64,000 nt of DNA. Origin: Schizochytrium sp. TIO01 (Eukaryota; Protista; Bigyra: Labyrinthulomycetes). The position numbers and the translations under genes are program-made. Of the stretch, positions 11,113-23,100 are shown piece by piece. Location of the stretch: assembly GCA_004764695.1 (NCBI GenBank), contig SMSO01000025.1, positions 2,976,001 to 3,040,000 on the forward strand, in the 5' to 3' direction. The notes beneath the pieces were generated by a model. That model did not search any database, had not been told where the DNA came from, and saw only the letters and a program-made list of their open reading frames with translations. Position 1 is the first letter of the stretch. Each line of letters opens with the position of its first letter.

Positions 11113-12552
11113 TGCGCCTTTGAGGAGTTATGGAATTGGAGAAACCAGAAAACCGAGGAAATGGAATTTCTTTCATAAATAATGATTTCGAAGAAACAAC
11201 TTTTAATTTAATCTTTACTCTTTTAATTTAAAAAAAATAGAAAGTAAATGTAAAGGCCGCTCAGAAATAAGGAAAAGAGAGAAACTCTTGTAGAGTATCC
11301 TCTAAAAGCCTAAATAAGTGAGGTAGGTACTATTTCTCTCTATTGCCCAACCTTTTCTCATTTCACTTTCGTTCATCATTCAAAGATTGCGGAGTACTTT
11401 TCTCTCGCCCTAAAGACCAGATCAGAAACTGGTCGCACATCTCTTATGGATCGTCCATTGCTCCATGAGGTCTTAACTTAGACCATGTCTGGTCGTGCAA
11501 CAGTTCAAGCTGCTTTATAGACCTAAGATCCTCCTCGCCCTCTATTTGAGGCCATTATCTTCAGTTCTGCGAATGATCATCTTTCGAGTTCTATTCCGAT
11601 TTCTGTTTCTGTTTCTTGATCTATTTATTTCTATTTCTTTCTTTCTTTTTCATGCTCATGTTCGTATTTTTATTTTATTTTTATTTTTATTTTTATCGAC
11701 GGTGATGAGAGGCGTCGTCAAAACCGTGTTCAACGTCTTCTCGCTCGTGCTCATCTCCGTGAAGCCAACCGGCTTTGGGGGCAGCACCAGTCACTCTTTG
11801 CACGGATCGAGAAGACCAAAATCAATTCGCAGATATCAGTGACAGCCCTTCACCGAAGCAGAACTCAGAGGCACCTGAAGGCGAGAGACGATGCCACGAA
11901 CTCGAGAACTCGGAGACTCTGAGCAAGAAAGGAAAGAATTAATTTATGTATGTAGTAGGCACTATGCACTACCTAGTACTCACTTGCTACTAAAAGAATC
12001 TATTTGACATAAAATAAACTAAAATGATTGAGAATGGAGTGAAAATGAATGAGTGAATGAAATTAAATGAAGAAGAAGAAGAAGAAGAAGTCATCCTCGA
12101 TTGAGCTGCGACGACCCCTCGAACTCGGGAGGCGCAGAACTCGTGGCGCAGGAGCAAAGAATGGCCGCTAGATGCCAAGGGATCAGGCGGCACGAGGGCC
12201 TGGCTGGGCTCCGACGCCCCCTTCGCCGGCGCAAGCAGACTCGCGGAGTGCGGGAATTGACAGAACAGGACAGGACATCCATCCATCACAAAGAGTTCTT
12301 TCCATTGAAGAAAACAGTCCTCTTCCTCTGCACGTACAAACGAAGCTTCTAAAGTTTACCAAGAAACAGAATGAATGCACAGCAATCTTCGCTCCAGAAC
12401 CGCGCGAACGAGAAGATTAACGGACAGAGGAGACCGCCTCAAGTGAGTATAGGCTTCATCGGTCACCACCTTTCTCAGTTTTAGGCCTCAGCTTTGCTTT
12501 GGGCTTCTGAGACAAACAGACCTTTCATGATTGTAATAGATATATAAATAAT

Positions 12553-12620
12553 CAAATAAACAAACAAATAAACAAACAAATAAACAAACAAATAAATAAA
12601 CAAATAAACAAATAAATAAA
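12553..12620 (+). repeat. (AAAC/AAAT)n compound microsatellite
   Basis: Read directly from the sequence. Confidence 0.8.
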
Positions 12621-14703
12621 AGAAAAGAGGAACTCTTATTGACCTCAGGTCAGTCCAAGAACTATGGGTTCCAGCTTTGCTTTGCATGAAACACAGCGGA
12701 ATAAGTATGCACTCGCTTTGGCAATCAAGTCCAACTTCAAGACGCATCAGGTACCCATCAGCAGCGATCGGCGAAGCAGCAATAGCGGCCTGGTGATATC
12801 CACACCCGCGCTGCCCGACTCCAAGATCGGCATCTGAAGGAGGAGGAGGTCTTTGCCACGCCCGGTTCCAATGTGACAGCGGTTCTTGGGATCTATCTAC
12901 ATGGCATAGTACCCTCAAGGTTGACTGGAATCGCGGAAGAATAGCTTAAGTTAGATTGTTTGTTGGTCTTCTGGTCGGCTGCCCAGCAGCTAGCTCCTGC
13001 TGGTTGATTCCATTTGGAGCTGGCTGGCTGGAGTGGACTTGGCTGGCTGGCTGCAGACCCTGAGCCGAAGTCGAAGGGCTGCGTTATCTGCTGCTGTTGT
13101 TGTTGTTGAAGTCTCAGACGCTGCGGCAAGAAAACGAACCCTCCGCGAGGATCCATCCACGAAGGATTTTACCAAAAGCGGCAGCGAAAAGACCCTCTTA
13201 TTTCATGTGTGCGGCGCTCTGTTAATTGCATTTCCATTCTACTGAGATCCTTTGATTTCGCTGTTTGTGGACGGACCTCTCTTTTCAGGGCCCATTCTGC
13301 ATTGCGAACTAACGTCTTCTTCGCTGACAGACTGACAGAGCCGAGATCGAGCTCGCCGGCGCGGACGGGAGAGGCGCATGCTTGGCACAGGCCAGACTGC
13401 CTGGCAGACCCGCGGCTGGTGGTTGGGCTGGCGGTGACGCTGGAGGAAACTTGATCGAACTCAGCGTTTATGGGTCGATACATGCTGAGAAACGATGTCA
13501 ACGCTCGATGCGGCGGCAGCGCCATCGACCGGAATTACAGGTTGGACCCGCTCCGCGAAATGATTGGCCGGATTCTATGCATGGCTGCCTGGGCCGTAGC
13601 GGGAGAGCTGCGCTTGACGGGCTGTGCGCGCAAAGAGGCCGCGTTTCTGCCCACCGTTTCTAGCCATAATTTCGATCGATTTCGATTTCAGCATTGTGTC
13701 TAGACTAGATAGACGAGGCCTGGAAATCCACAGTTTAAGTTAAGTGTCCACCGCTCTTCAGAGCTCTCAATGCCCTGCGCCGCAAGGATGGCCGAAGGCT
13801 GCTCCAGGAAAGCGAAGAGGAGGCAGGTATTGAACGATGCTCAAGCACTTTGTGGTTCGAAAGAAGGCAGAAATTAATTAGACAGCCAGCCCTGGAGAAC
13901 TAAAAATGGGACTCCCTTGGATCGAAAGATGAAAGACGTGCATTTCTTTCCATTTTAGAATGTTTTATTGGCGATAGGAATGTGCGGACCGTTGTGCTGC
14001 GGATATGAATGTCTGAAGCTTGTGTGGCACAACGTGTGCTGTGCGCAGATCTTCTATGGAACATATTGACGACCCCCCACCCCTTCTCGCCAAAAGAACC
14101 AACAAGTCTGTAAATAACAAACGAGTCGGCTCGGAATTTTGAGCAAATCGGATAAAATGAAGCGCTGGTAGCGTACTTTGGTGTGCTTGATTGTGTTTTG
14201 CAGAAAAAATAAATATTAAAATAATATTCAAGGTAAAGGAGAACCTAGCAAGTCGTAGGCTTGAGCTGTGAAGAGGTGGTCCAATTCAACCAACGCGGGG
14301 CCTATGACAACGGCCAGCAGAGTATGCGTTGGAGAAGATTGGACCTGATATTAATAAAAATAGTGTCAAATCCTAATTCTCATCAGACCAAGACTCTTGC
14401 GTTCCTATGGTTCGTTTCTGATATTGAGCAATAACTTCTGAGTTAAAAAAGCACGATTGCGAGGATGAAAGTCTAGTAAAGGTGGATGTTTTGCTCTTTT
14501 CTAATTCTGTTTCTTTCTTGTCTGTACATGGGCATTTACATGAAAGACAAGAGTAGAATATAGAGTAAGAAAGGTAATTTTTTAGCAAGCTGGACTGTAA
14601 AATCATCGCACTAATTCTCAAGAGCCTTGGCTGAGTGAAACTTATTCTTGTCTTAGTAATCTTTGCAAAAAAACAAAAAAACAAAAAGGTATATATGAAT
14701 TAT

Positions 14704-17700
14704 TTAGGCATCCATTGCAGACGTAAAGCCAGAAGGATCGTGTGGCCCGATAACCAGTTGTTCTGCTCCGGAGACGCCCGATGTGACTGCCACAGGAGGG
14801 TCATCTGGCCCTGCATCGCGACTGTGCAGTTCGCACCGAACAAATGAGTACTCTTGAATATGCCAGTGCAAAGGAGCCATGCGATCTGCCATTTCAGTCT
14901 TGAACTTATCGCATTGCACAATTAAATCTGATGGATGTCCCATGCCATGCGGCATAGTGTCATGACCATAACCGATTCCTGTCATGTAAAATGGGCGGAT
15001 AGGCTCGAATTTGAGGGTGACACGCCGGCCATCTTGCAGAACCATGACGATAGTGCAAGTTTCAAAATGCCGCGTACCACTGCGGCTATACTCAAGCGAG
15101 TGCCCAGCAGCCTCAACTTTGCCATACGGCGCATGTTCTGGTCCAAACGGATCTCCAAAAATGTGTGCCGCGCCATTGTCCACCGTACCATCTTGTGATT
15201 GCTGTGAATGATAGGCAAATCCACCATTCGGGACATTGATCGGCGTCCAGAACCAATAAAACTGTGTAATCTTATGAGCCCAATGCCGGGAAACTTGGTT
15301 AATGAGGTACCTCGTTAAAGGGTTTGCCAAGAGTGCTCCACCTTGTTGGTTCTTCTTGGCACCTTTATCTGCAGCACCGTGGGGTCTGCGCCCCCAAGAC
15401 CGATCGCGTGTTCCCCACCATCCATCTGCCGAAATTTCGTCGCCATTGTTTACCTTAATCCATCCCTTCCACTCGGTAAGTTGTGTGAAGCGATCATATG
15501 TAAAGTCACCAATACCACGGACCATATTGGAATAGGGTGGTTCCATAATTGGTTCAAATCGAGCTTGCATAGTTAAATGTGCCTCCATCTTGCCTGGAAT
15601 ACGCACAATAAGTTCAGCCACCTTCAAAGGCTCCTTGATGATGATGCGGATGGGCCCGGCATTACTATCAACCTCTAAGCGCTTGCCTGGGGAGTAGTTC
15701 CGTGCTGAAGGCCACTCCTTTTCTGTTAACTTACGAGAAACTCGTGCATTATATTGCTCCCCATCTACAACAAAGGAAAATGAAGCATCCATAACACCTC
15801 GGCCCGGGTAAAAGCCCAGCGCAGCAGCAAAATAGTGAGCGCCGTCAGGCGCGTATCCATTCAAAAACCAGCGATCATAGGCGTCCCTTCTGCCTGTACC
15901 AGGAACTGGTTTGGGGCCATCCTCTAGAGCGAGGAGAGCAACAGGGTTAAAGTGGCAAAACGGTTCATCCTGCGGTGTAGCACTTCGAACTACAACAGGG
16001 GCATCTCGAGGACGCTCCCCTGGGAGCAATATACCTGCTCGGTCTCGCTCAAGCATTTTGTCTTCCACATGTCTATATGCAGTCAGAACGCCATTCATAG
16101 TTCGCTGCTTCACTCTTTTATTCACAACTTCAAGTAGAACCTCTCCAGCATCGACACGTTCGATAGCCTGCAATACACGTCTTAAGGTATGTTCCCGAAC
16201 TGTTTTAAGCCGTTCCGACTCACCTGACCCGATACCCTCAGCTTGCAATACTACTATCGGAATCATCGCTGCAATAAAAAGACTTAGACGGTAATCACGC
16301 CAGCAATCGTCTGCGCTATACTTTCCCAAATGACGAGGGTTCTCAAGAGCTTGTACAAGTGTCCTATAATACTCCCCAACCAGTACTCGATCACATGTGT
16401 CACCAGCCTCAGGGCTTACATTCAGGTCTAGACCAACAAAGTACGATAAATCCGACACACCAACTCCCTTTGAGCTTGTTTGCCAGTCTACACTCAGCCA
16501 CCTCGTCTGCTTTCGATCATAAGAATCATCAAATTTTAAACCTGCATGGCAGATTTTGTCCTCTTTGACACCCTCCACCGAAGCCGGCCAAATCATATTC
16601 TCGCTGCGTGCATCAGCGTGCGTGAATGTCATAGGCCCTTCACAAAGTTCATCCAGAACTGCCGACATATGTGCAAAATAGGTGCGCAGAGTTCGCTGCA
16701 TTGCTGGGCTCACGAGCGAGGCATATCGTTCTTGGGTCATGAGATTACTGAAAGCACGGTTTGACAAGTCATACAAAATCGCAGGATGCGAGATTTTCAT
16801 GAAATTGTACGTTGAGTGCCAGTGTAGATCAAAGTCGTCATTCAACTCTTGAAGACTTGGTCGCCAGAATAAGGCATGAAACCTTGCATACCGTGTTGCT
16901 ACACTGCAAGCTTTTTGCCAAGTTCCTCCCTCAACCTCGCACCCAGGCAATAGAGGGGCTGCATCTTCAAAGAGAAGGCAGAACTCTGTGGTAAATGGAT
17001 CATAATCTGAAGCATAGCAATGTGGCACTTCTAGGATTGGATCTTTGGATTGGGCTGCCTTGGTTCGAATAAGCGGAACTAGTTTAGAGTAAAAATGCGT
17101 CTCGCGAAGATACACACCTACCGGCCGCATCTTCATAATGACGGATGGATTAGTGCTCGCCATTTTAAGAATCAAGGTATGGGGAAGATCATTGACGTCA
17201 GCTGCTTCAGCATCAAGGTACTCGGGCACCAGACGCACAGTCTCTCCAATAAATCCTCGAGGTTTTTCAATATCTTCCTCTGTCACCTCTTGAATGTCTT
17301 CCTCGACGGGCTGAGACAAACTGAGGACACGCACATTTGTGATTTCGGTGTTGAGGACTTTACTCAGCCATTTGGGATCAACCTGAGATGAGTTTGCAGG
17401 AAACTTATGGCGAGGAAGCAACACGGTTCCTTCTAAGCGCAGCTTTCGAATTGCAACCACATACATCGTTCTAAAAGCCATCCAAAGATTCCGAAAAATC
17501 TGCGAGAGTAATGTCTGGGGATAGCAGAGTGACCAAGCGATACCTTGAGACTGGCCAAGTAGTATAGCTGCAAGATGTGCCAGGCCCCGTTCGCCGCGAA
17601 ACATTGCCACACGATGCAGAATACCTTGTAAAATTGAAAACCCAACCCATATGCCTAATATAGAACCCCCTTCACCAGGGTTTCCCTTGGCAAGAGTCAT

Positions 17701-18354
17701 TTGCTGATTTACAAAAACATGAGATGCGAAACGAGCAGCAGTAGTTAGAGCAAGTGCTTTTGCTCCAATCCTCCAAGCAAGTATCGTTAATACAAGGTCT
17801 CCAGCTTGCAGTGGTTTAACAATCTGTTCCTGATGTTTTGGCACCTGTGGATCGGGATCATCGTAAAAGGAGCCAAAGCCGGATGTCGTCGGCTCCTTCA
17901 AATTCACCTTTAGAGGTGGTTTGGGCTTCTCGGACCTCGCGCTGGGTTCAGATTCTTTTGGCCCCATTTTCTGTAAGGAGTCTTCCTGAATGGAATTCTT
18001 CACCGGTACGTCTTTCCCTGCGTATGATTCTTCTTCAACCTGATCAACCTTGCTCCCTTTCTCTTGGAGCTCAGCTTCTTCCTTTTCTCCAGGTCTTATT
18101 TTTAAAAGAGTTTGGATGTCCTCTTGCAAGAATCTCTCTTGATCGTGTTCCAAACCTAACCCGCTTGCTTCTTCTGTGTTTTTGTCCTCTTGGTCTCCTT
18201 GGTTTCCTTCTTCCCCTTCTTCTTCTCCAGGCACTGATTCGCCTTCAATATCTGTATCTTCTGTCTCGTCAAGGTGGTGTTGCTGTTGTTGACTTTCCTG
18301 GGGATCCTTTGTTACAACCTCGTAGCTGCCTGAGCCTTCGTCGCTATCACTCAT
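14704..18354 (-). CDS. Membrane-associated APH/choline/EcKL-kinase-like phosphotransferase fused to a C-terminal DRSWG beta-barrel domain; paralog B, catalytic motifs intact
   Basis: About 1216 aa from ATG 18354 (the track start at 18459 is GTG). Acidic disordered N-terminus and hydrophobic segments. Kinase motifs GFIG, LILKM, RETHFY, HADARSEN, VDWQ and DLSYF. The C-terminal domain is highly similar to that of paralog A. Confidence 0.82.
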   Translation of the reverse strand: MSDSDEGSGSYEVVTKDPQESQQQQHHLDETEDTDIEGESVPGEEEGEEGNQGDQEDKNTEEASGLGLEHDQERFLQEDIQTLLKIRPGEKEEAELQEKGSKVDQVEEESYAGKDVPVKNSIQEDSLQKMGPKESEPSARSEKPKPPLKVNLKEPTTSGFGSFYDDPDPQVPKHQEQIVKPLQAGDLVLTILAWRIGAKALALTTAARFASHVFVNQQMTLAKGNPGEGGSILGIWVGFSILQGILHRVAMFRGERGLAHLAAILLGQSQGIAWSLCYPQTLLSQIFRNLWMAFRTMYVVAIRKLRLEGTVLLPRHKFPANSSQVDPKWLSKVLNTEITNVRVLSLSQPVEEDIQEVTEEDIEKPRGFIGETVRLVPEYLDAEAADVNDLPHTLILKMASTNPSVIMKMRPVGVYLRETHFYSKLVPLIRTKAAQSKDPILEVPHCYASDYDPFTTEFCLLFEDAAPLLPGCEVEGGTWQKACSVATRYARFHALFWRPSLQELNDDFDLHWHSTYNFMKISHPAILYDLSNRAFSNLMTQERYASLVSPAMQRTLRTYFAHMSAVLDELCEGPMTFTHADARSENMIWPASVEGVKEDKICHAGLKFDDSYDRKQTRWLSVDWQTSSKGVGVSDLSYFVGLDLNVSPEAGDTCDRVLVGEYYRTLVQALENPRHLGKYSADDCWRDYRLSLFIAAMIPIVVLQAEGIGSGESERLKTVREHTLRRVLQAIERVDAGEVLLEVVNKRVKQRTMNGVLTAYRHVEDKMLERDRAGILLPGERPRDAPVVVRSATPQDEPFCHFNPVALLALEDGPKPVPGTGRRDAYDRWFLNGYAPDGAHYFAAALGFYPGRGVMDASFSFVVDGEQYNARVSRKLTEKEWPSARNYSPGKRLEVDSNAGPIRIIIKEPLKVAELIVRIPGKMEAHLTMQARFEPIMEPPYSNMVRGIGDFTYDRFTQLTEWKGWIKVNNGDEISADGWWGTRDRSWGRRPHGAADKGAKKNQQGGALLANPLTRYLINQVSRHWAHKITQFYWFWTPINVPNGGFAYHSQQSQDGTVDNGAAHIFGDPFGPEHAPYGKVEAAGHSLEYSRSGTRHFETCTIVMVLQDGRRVTLKFEPIRPFYMTGIGYGHDTMPHGMGHPSDLIVQCDKFKTEMADRMAPLHWHIQEYSFVRCELHSRDAGPDDPPVAVTSGVSGAEQLVIGPHDPSGFTSAMDA

Positions 18355-20198
18355 GAGATAGTACAACAATGATAAGGTTTTGCTCCCAAATTTCTTGCGG
18401 CTCAAGAACCCGAATTGAACGTCCAATTCCCTTGGTGCTATTCTGAGCGTGTTGATCACTGTAATATCTCAAGGTGAGATACGGATCTGCTTCGTTGTAG
18501 CGATCGCATTCTTCACCTTCAAGTCCGCCTCACAATTCCATCTACTTTTCGCTTCTTTTACTCAGAGGCCCAAACAAGCAAGGTTTCGCAAACAAGCTTT
18601 CCAATTATGATACACTAGCTAACTTTGGAGGGTCGTGAACTCTTGCACCGTATTCTGCTTAATCCATCACGTGTGGTTACATGCCCCTAGAGACATAATG
18701 TAACCCTGATGAAACAAAATATGACACTAAACTATTCGCAAGTCCTGACAACGCTTTTAATATTTCGCCACTCCGGCAGATGCTATCGCGGCCCAATTAT
18801 GCCTACCTACCCACGGTCTCCGTCGTTGCGTTGCCAGGCACGACATCTCCAAGCTCCAAGTAAAAGTCAAGATCTTTTACCCAAGAGACGAGCTCGACCG
18901 TCTCTATATGCGCAACGCCTGCGCTTGTACATGCTAACCTGCTACGCTCGCAGATAAGTACGTGCCTAAATCTGGCGTCTCTGCTGAGCTTTACTCTTAT
19001 CACTCGACAATACCGACTCTGCGGTTCTGATGAGGACCGTGGTCACACAGCACCGGCGGACTCACGGCTCCAGCCGGTCCAGAATGAGGTTTCGAGCGCG
19101 ATCCGCAACGGCAAAGATTGGACGCTGTAATCTCAGCACGGCTGCCCACCCTGGAGCCCGCGAGCAAAGACGCCGTTGAGAGCCGCGCAATTAATCGCCT
19201 CCGACGGCGTCTTCGCAGAGGCGTTTCTTTCTCTGGCAGAGAGAGAGAGCGCCTCTATGAGCCACCCTGCCTGGTTCTTTGGTACTTCTCTCGTGAGTGT
19301 GTGTGTGTATCATTCACTCACTCACTATCTGTGATTAGCGATGGTTGGTTGGTAGTATCCTGCAAGAATTGGAAACAGTGAAAGCTGACCTGACCTAGCT
19401 CTGGAGGCACCCACGAAACTACCATCTCAGTTATCTATCGCAGATAGATAGACCAAGCCTCGCCTCTTCGGCACCGCCAGTCGAAGCCAGTGAGTGCGTT
19501 TTACGGAGGTTGGCTGGCCGATTCGCGCAAAGTCTTGCGCAAACCTTACGCGGAAAGAAGGTTTGGTGACGTTAGTAGTTTCCAAAGATCTTCTCTCTTC
19601 AGAGTTCTTTGTCTTTTTTCTTTCTGCTACAATAAGAAAAAGGTACCATATCTTAATTGAGTGATGGAGAACGTTTGGAACGACAGTAGGTAGTTCCATG
19701 GGGGTTCCGGTACTTGAGCGAGCGTAATGTAGGCAGTGGAGCGAGCAAGTGTCGGTTGAGCTCCTCTTGTTCTATGTTATGGACAGAGTGAGAGAAAGCA
19801 TGGCTTCTTTTACTGAGAATTTGAGTTTCGATGAGTGGGCTTAGAGAACGAAGGAATAGGTCTGGTGTTGGCTGTCAATGTTTGTAAGCTGGTGATCCTG
19901 AGCCAGCTTGCTTGTGAATTTATAGACTGCCACCCACCTGCAAGGGTAGACCAAACTCGGGGAGGCCACCAAGGAGCTAGGTATACTTTGGCCTTTGGGC
20001 AAGGGCCGAGCTGTCTTGAGCTTGGCACACAAAACTAGACGTATTCACAGGTTTGCTGGTTGAAACTCGGCCGAGGCAGTAGAAAGATTACAGCTGCAGT
20101 GCCAACCTTCTTGTAATTTGATGCAGCATTGAGCGAGTGTTGCATGTCAATTAAGTGGAGGCTAAAGTGAAGTGTTTGGTAACGAAGCTTTTGCAGCC

Positions 20199-23100
20199 AT
20201 GAAAGGTGAAGCGATTGACCCCAAAGACCTTAAAGCATGTGCGAAATTACTCAAGCAGACCAAGAAGGAATCCAAAGTGCTGGAAGGATTGGCGATTCTT
20301 TCGAAGGCTCAGCCACATCAGATTGCAACCTTCATGGAGGAAGGCGCGGTTATGGTTCCTTTGACTTCTTTAATTGATCTGGCAAAACTTTCTGAGCGAG
20401 TTGTACAGGAATCCTTAGCTATACTCGCTGTGTACCTGAATCTTGAAGATCACGATGGGCCTACAAAGTTCATTGCTGAGGGGCAAACCAAGAAATCTTC
20501 ACCTTGCCGTGGCATCGAGCGCTTTCTCAAAGTTCTCCAGCAAGAGAACCAGAAGATTACTACCGAGAGTTTAAAATGTTTAGCAGGTTTATCAAAGGCA
20601 CTCAACACTTTGGAGGATGGGGCTGAGCTTTTGCAATCAATCACCGAGCATTGTATCACCCTTTTGGAGGGCGAGGAGACACCAGAGGAAGCCTGTATGC
20701 GAACCATTCGGACACTTCTTGCTGTTCTGAATGCTGGTAGTCCTGTCGAAACAATTATCAATGCAGTACTGAAAGTTTGCGTAGATGAAAGTACTCCCGT
20801 GAAAATTCAAGATGCTGCAAGTCAGATGCTATATGAAGCGACTGCTTTACCAGAGTGCACTAATTTCATTATCGAAAGTCCCGAAAGGCCTACCCAGATT
20901 TCAGCTCTCTTTCTAAATTCCATTCACCGACTTGTCGGTTATACCCCCGCGAAAGGCGAGGCCCCTGATCTCACAGAGAAAAATCTTAAACTTGCTGAGA
21001 CAGGGGCTCGAAGCGCGCTTCTGTTATTCCTGTGGATCCTTGTAAGCTGGAAGCAACCTCCACCAATGTTGGAGAGAGGAAGCGACGAGAGTGAGCTTTT
21101 ACAAAGCTGGGTCTTGGATGAATCATGTTATGATAGCCTTTTAAGTCTTTTGAAGTCCAAAAGATCGATTGTTGACGAGGTGCTTGCGTGCTTGCCTCAG
21201 CTTCCAGAACAGCACATCAAAGCCCTTGCAGACCGCAACGCCGCAGACATTCTTCTGCATTTACTCAACGAACGAAATGATCCTCAAATTGTCAATCAAA
21301 GCAAGGAAGATATTGATAGTCCTGACGATGATGTTGAGGAAGAAAAAGAGAATAGTGACGCAGAGCATGAGCATGAGCATGAGCATGACAAAATCATAAA
21401 AGAGATCCAGAATAGCGATTTGGAGCCCAAACACAAAATACCTCGCCATCCTCCATTACCACTGGAGTATGCTCTGCACATGATGTTGTCACACATGGAA
21501 GCGCCTGCTTGCAAAATTGAAGATTTGAAAACTGTAATTAGTCGTGCACCAACCCAAGCCATGCGACTACTGATGCGTCTCATCCACGAGAAAGAGGCAA
21601 AGCTGCACGATATGGAAGAGTTTAAAACCTGGATCGATGGCCTTGTCAAAGGTGGTGTTTTTCATACTTTAGCACAACAGATCCATTCCTTCACGGTTAA
21701 GGAGGCACAGGCACGGGCAATGAAGATCCTTCTTCATCTTGTACGGTGGAATTCGCAAGGGCCAAACCAGACAGCCTTGAAAGATCCTATCAAGTGGATG
21801 GATCTATGGGGAGCCTGTCTACATGCATGTGCAAGTCATTCTGAAAATCCAACGTTGACTGCGTGTCATTTGGTCGATCCTCTCCGACGCCCTCCTTTAC
21901 GTCCACTTCACGATATCGAAATGCGTTGGCCATCAAAGGCGGTTGAGACTGTGCCCGGCGAAAGTGATGTTCCAGATGACATCGCAGCATGCGCACTTCA
22001 GCTCCTTACAACTTCAATTGAAGCAGATAATGAAGAGCTAGCTTTGCATGATGCTGAAGAAGGCAAAAACGCACCATCTCGGTTCTTTGACAGAATTTTG
22101 CTTTCCGCAGACATCTGTCTAGGGAAATTTGTGGTAGAAAGTCTTATTGCAAGTGCGAAAACCTCGACTATCATGATTCAACAGGCAAGCCTCGATGCCC
22201 TTAGAGCTTTATGTAGTATTAGCAATGGGCGAGAAACAGTTCTCGCCCAAAACCTTTCAACATCGGAGGACGAAACGCATACGGATAACACAGTCGATTC
22301 AGACAAAGAGGAGGAGGTGGTTACGTTTATGTCACACGCGCAAGGGAGCAAGTTTGAGGTGATGCAGCGCATCAGTAAAACTCTTTCTCAAATTTTATAC
22401 GATCACGAACAATCTGACCAAGCTATACAATATACCATTGCAGTCTTACAAGAATTGTGTAAAGATCAATGCGAAGAAGGGCATGAGCATGATCAACCCA
22501 TTGATGCGGATCTTTTCTGTGTCGCTGTTTTGCAAGAAGCGATTCTACCTGCGCTTGTCGCTATTGTGTCATATGAGCCGCTACAAGGCAACATCGTAGA
22601 TTATGTCAAATATGTTGTTCTACGTGGTGAATGTCGTGAAAGAGCATGGAGAACGTGGCAAGAACCTGAGTTGAATGAAGAGGGAAATGCAATCTTGGAT
22701 GAAGAAGGTCATCCAGTTCTCGTCACAAAGGGCCTTGGCGACGACCCAAATCATGGACCAGACTGCAAAAGTTGGGCACCACTTCTTGATATACCATGCA
22801 GAAGCCTAAAAAGCCATAAGAGGATGACTCACTTGCCTGAGTTAAGTGATCAAACAGCAGTGGCACTCCTAGTCCGACAACCCGAGACTGATGTTTTGGT
22901 CAACCTTCTTGATGCCTTTATTAGAGTCGGGGCAGATCTCGAGCAAGCCGCCCCGCATGATGGTGTTACACCATTGATGTGGGCGTCTGTGAAAGCCAAC
23001 GAAAGGTGTACACGCAATTTGCTGGAATCTAATCGGGTGGATATTGATGCCATTGATGTTGATGGTTTTAATGTTTGCGCTTGGGGTTTTGCTGGAGCTA

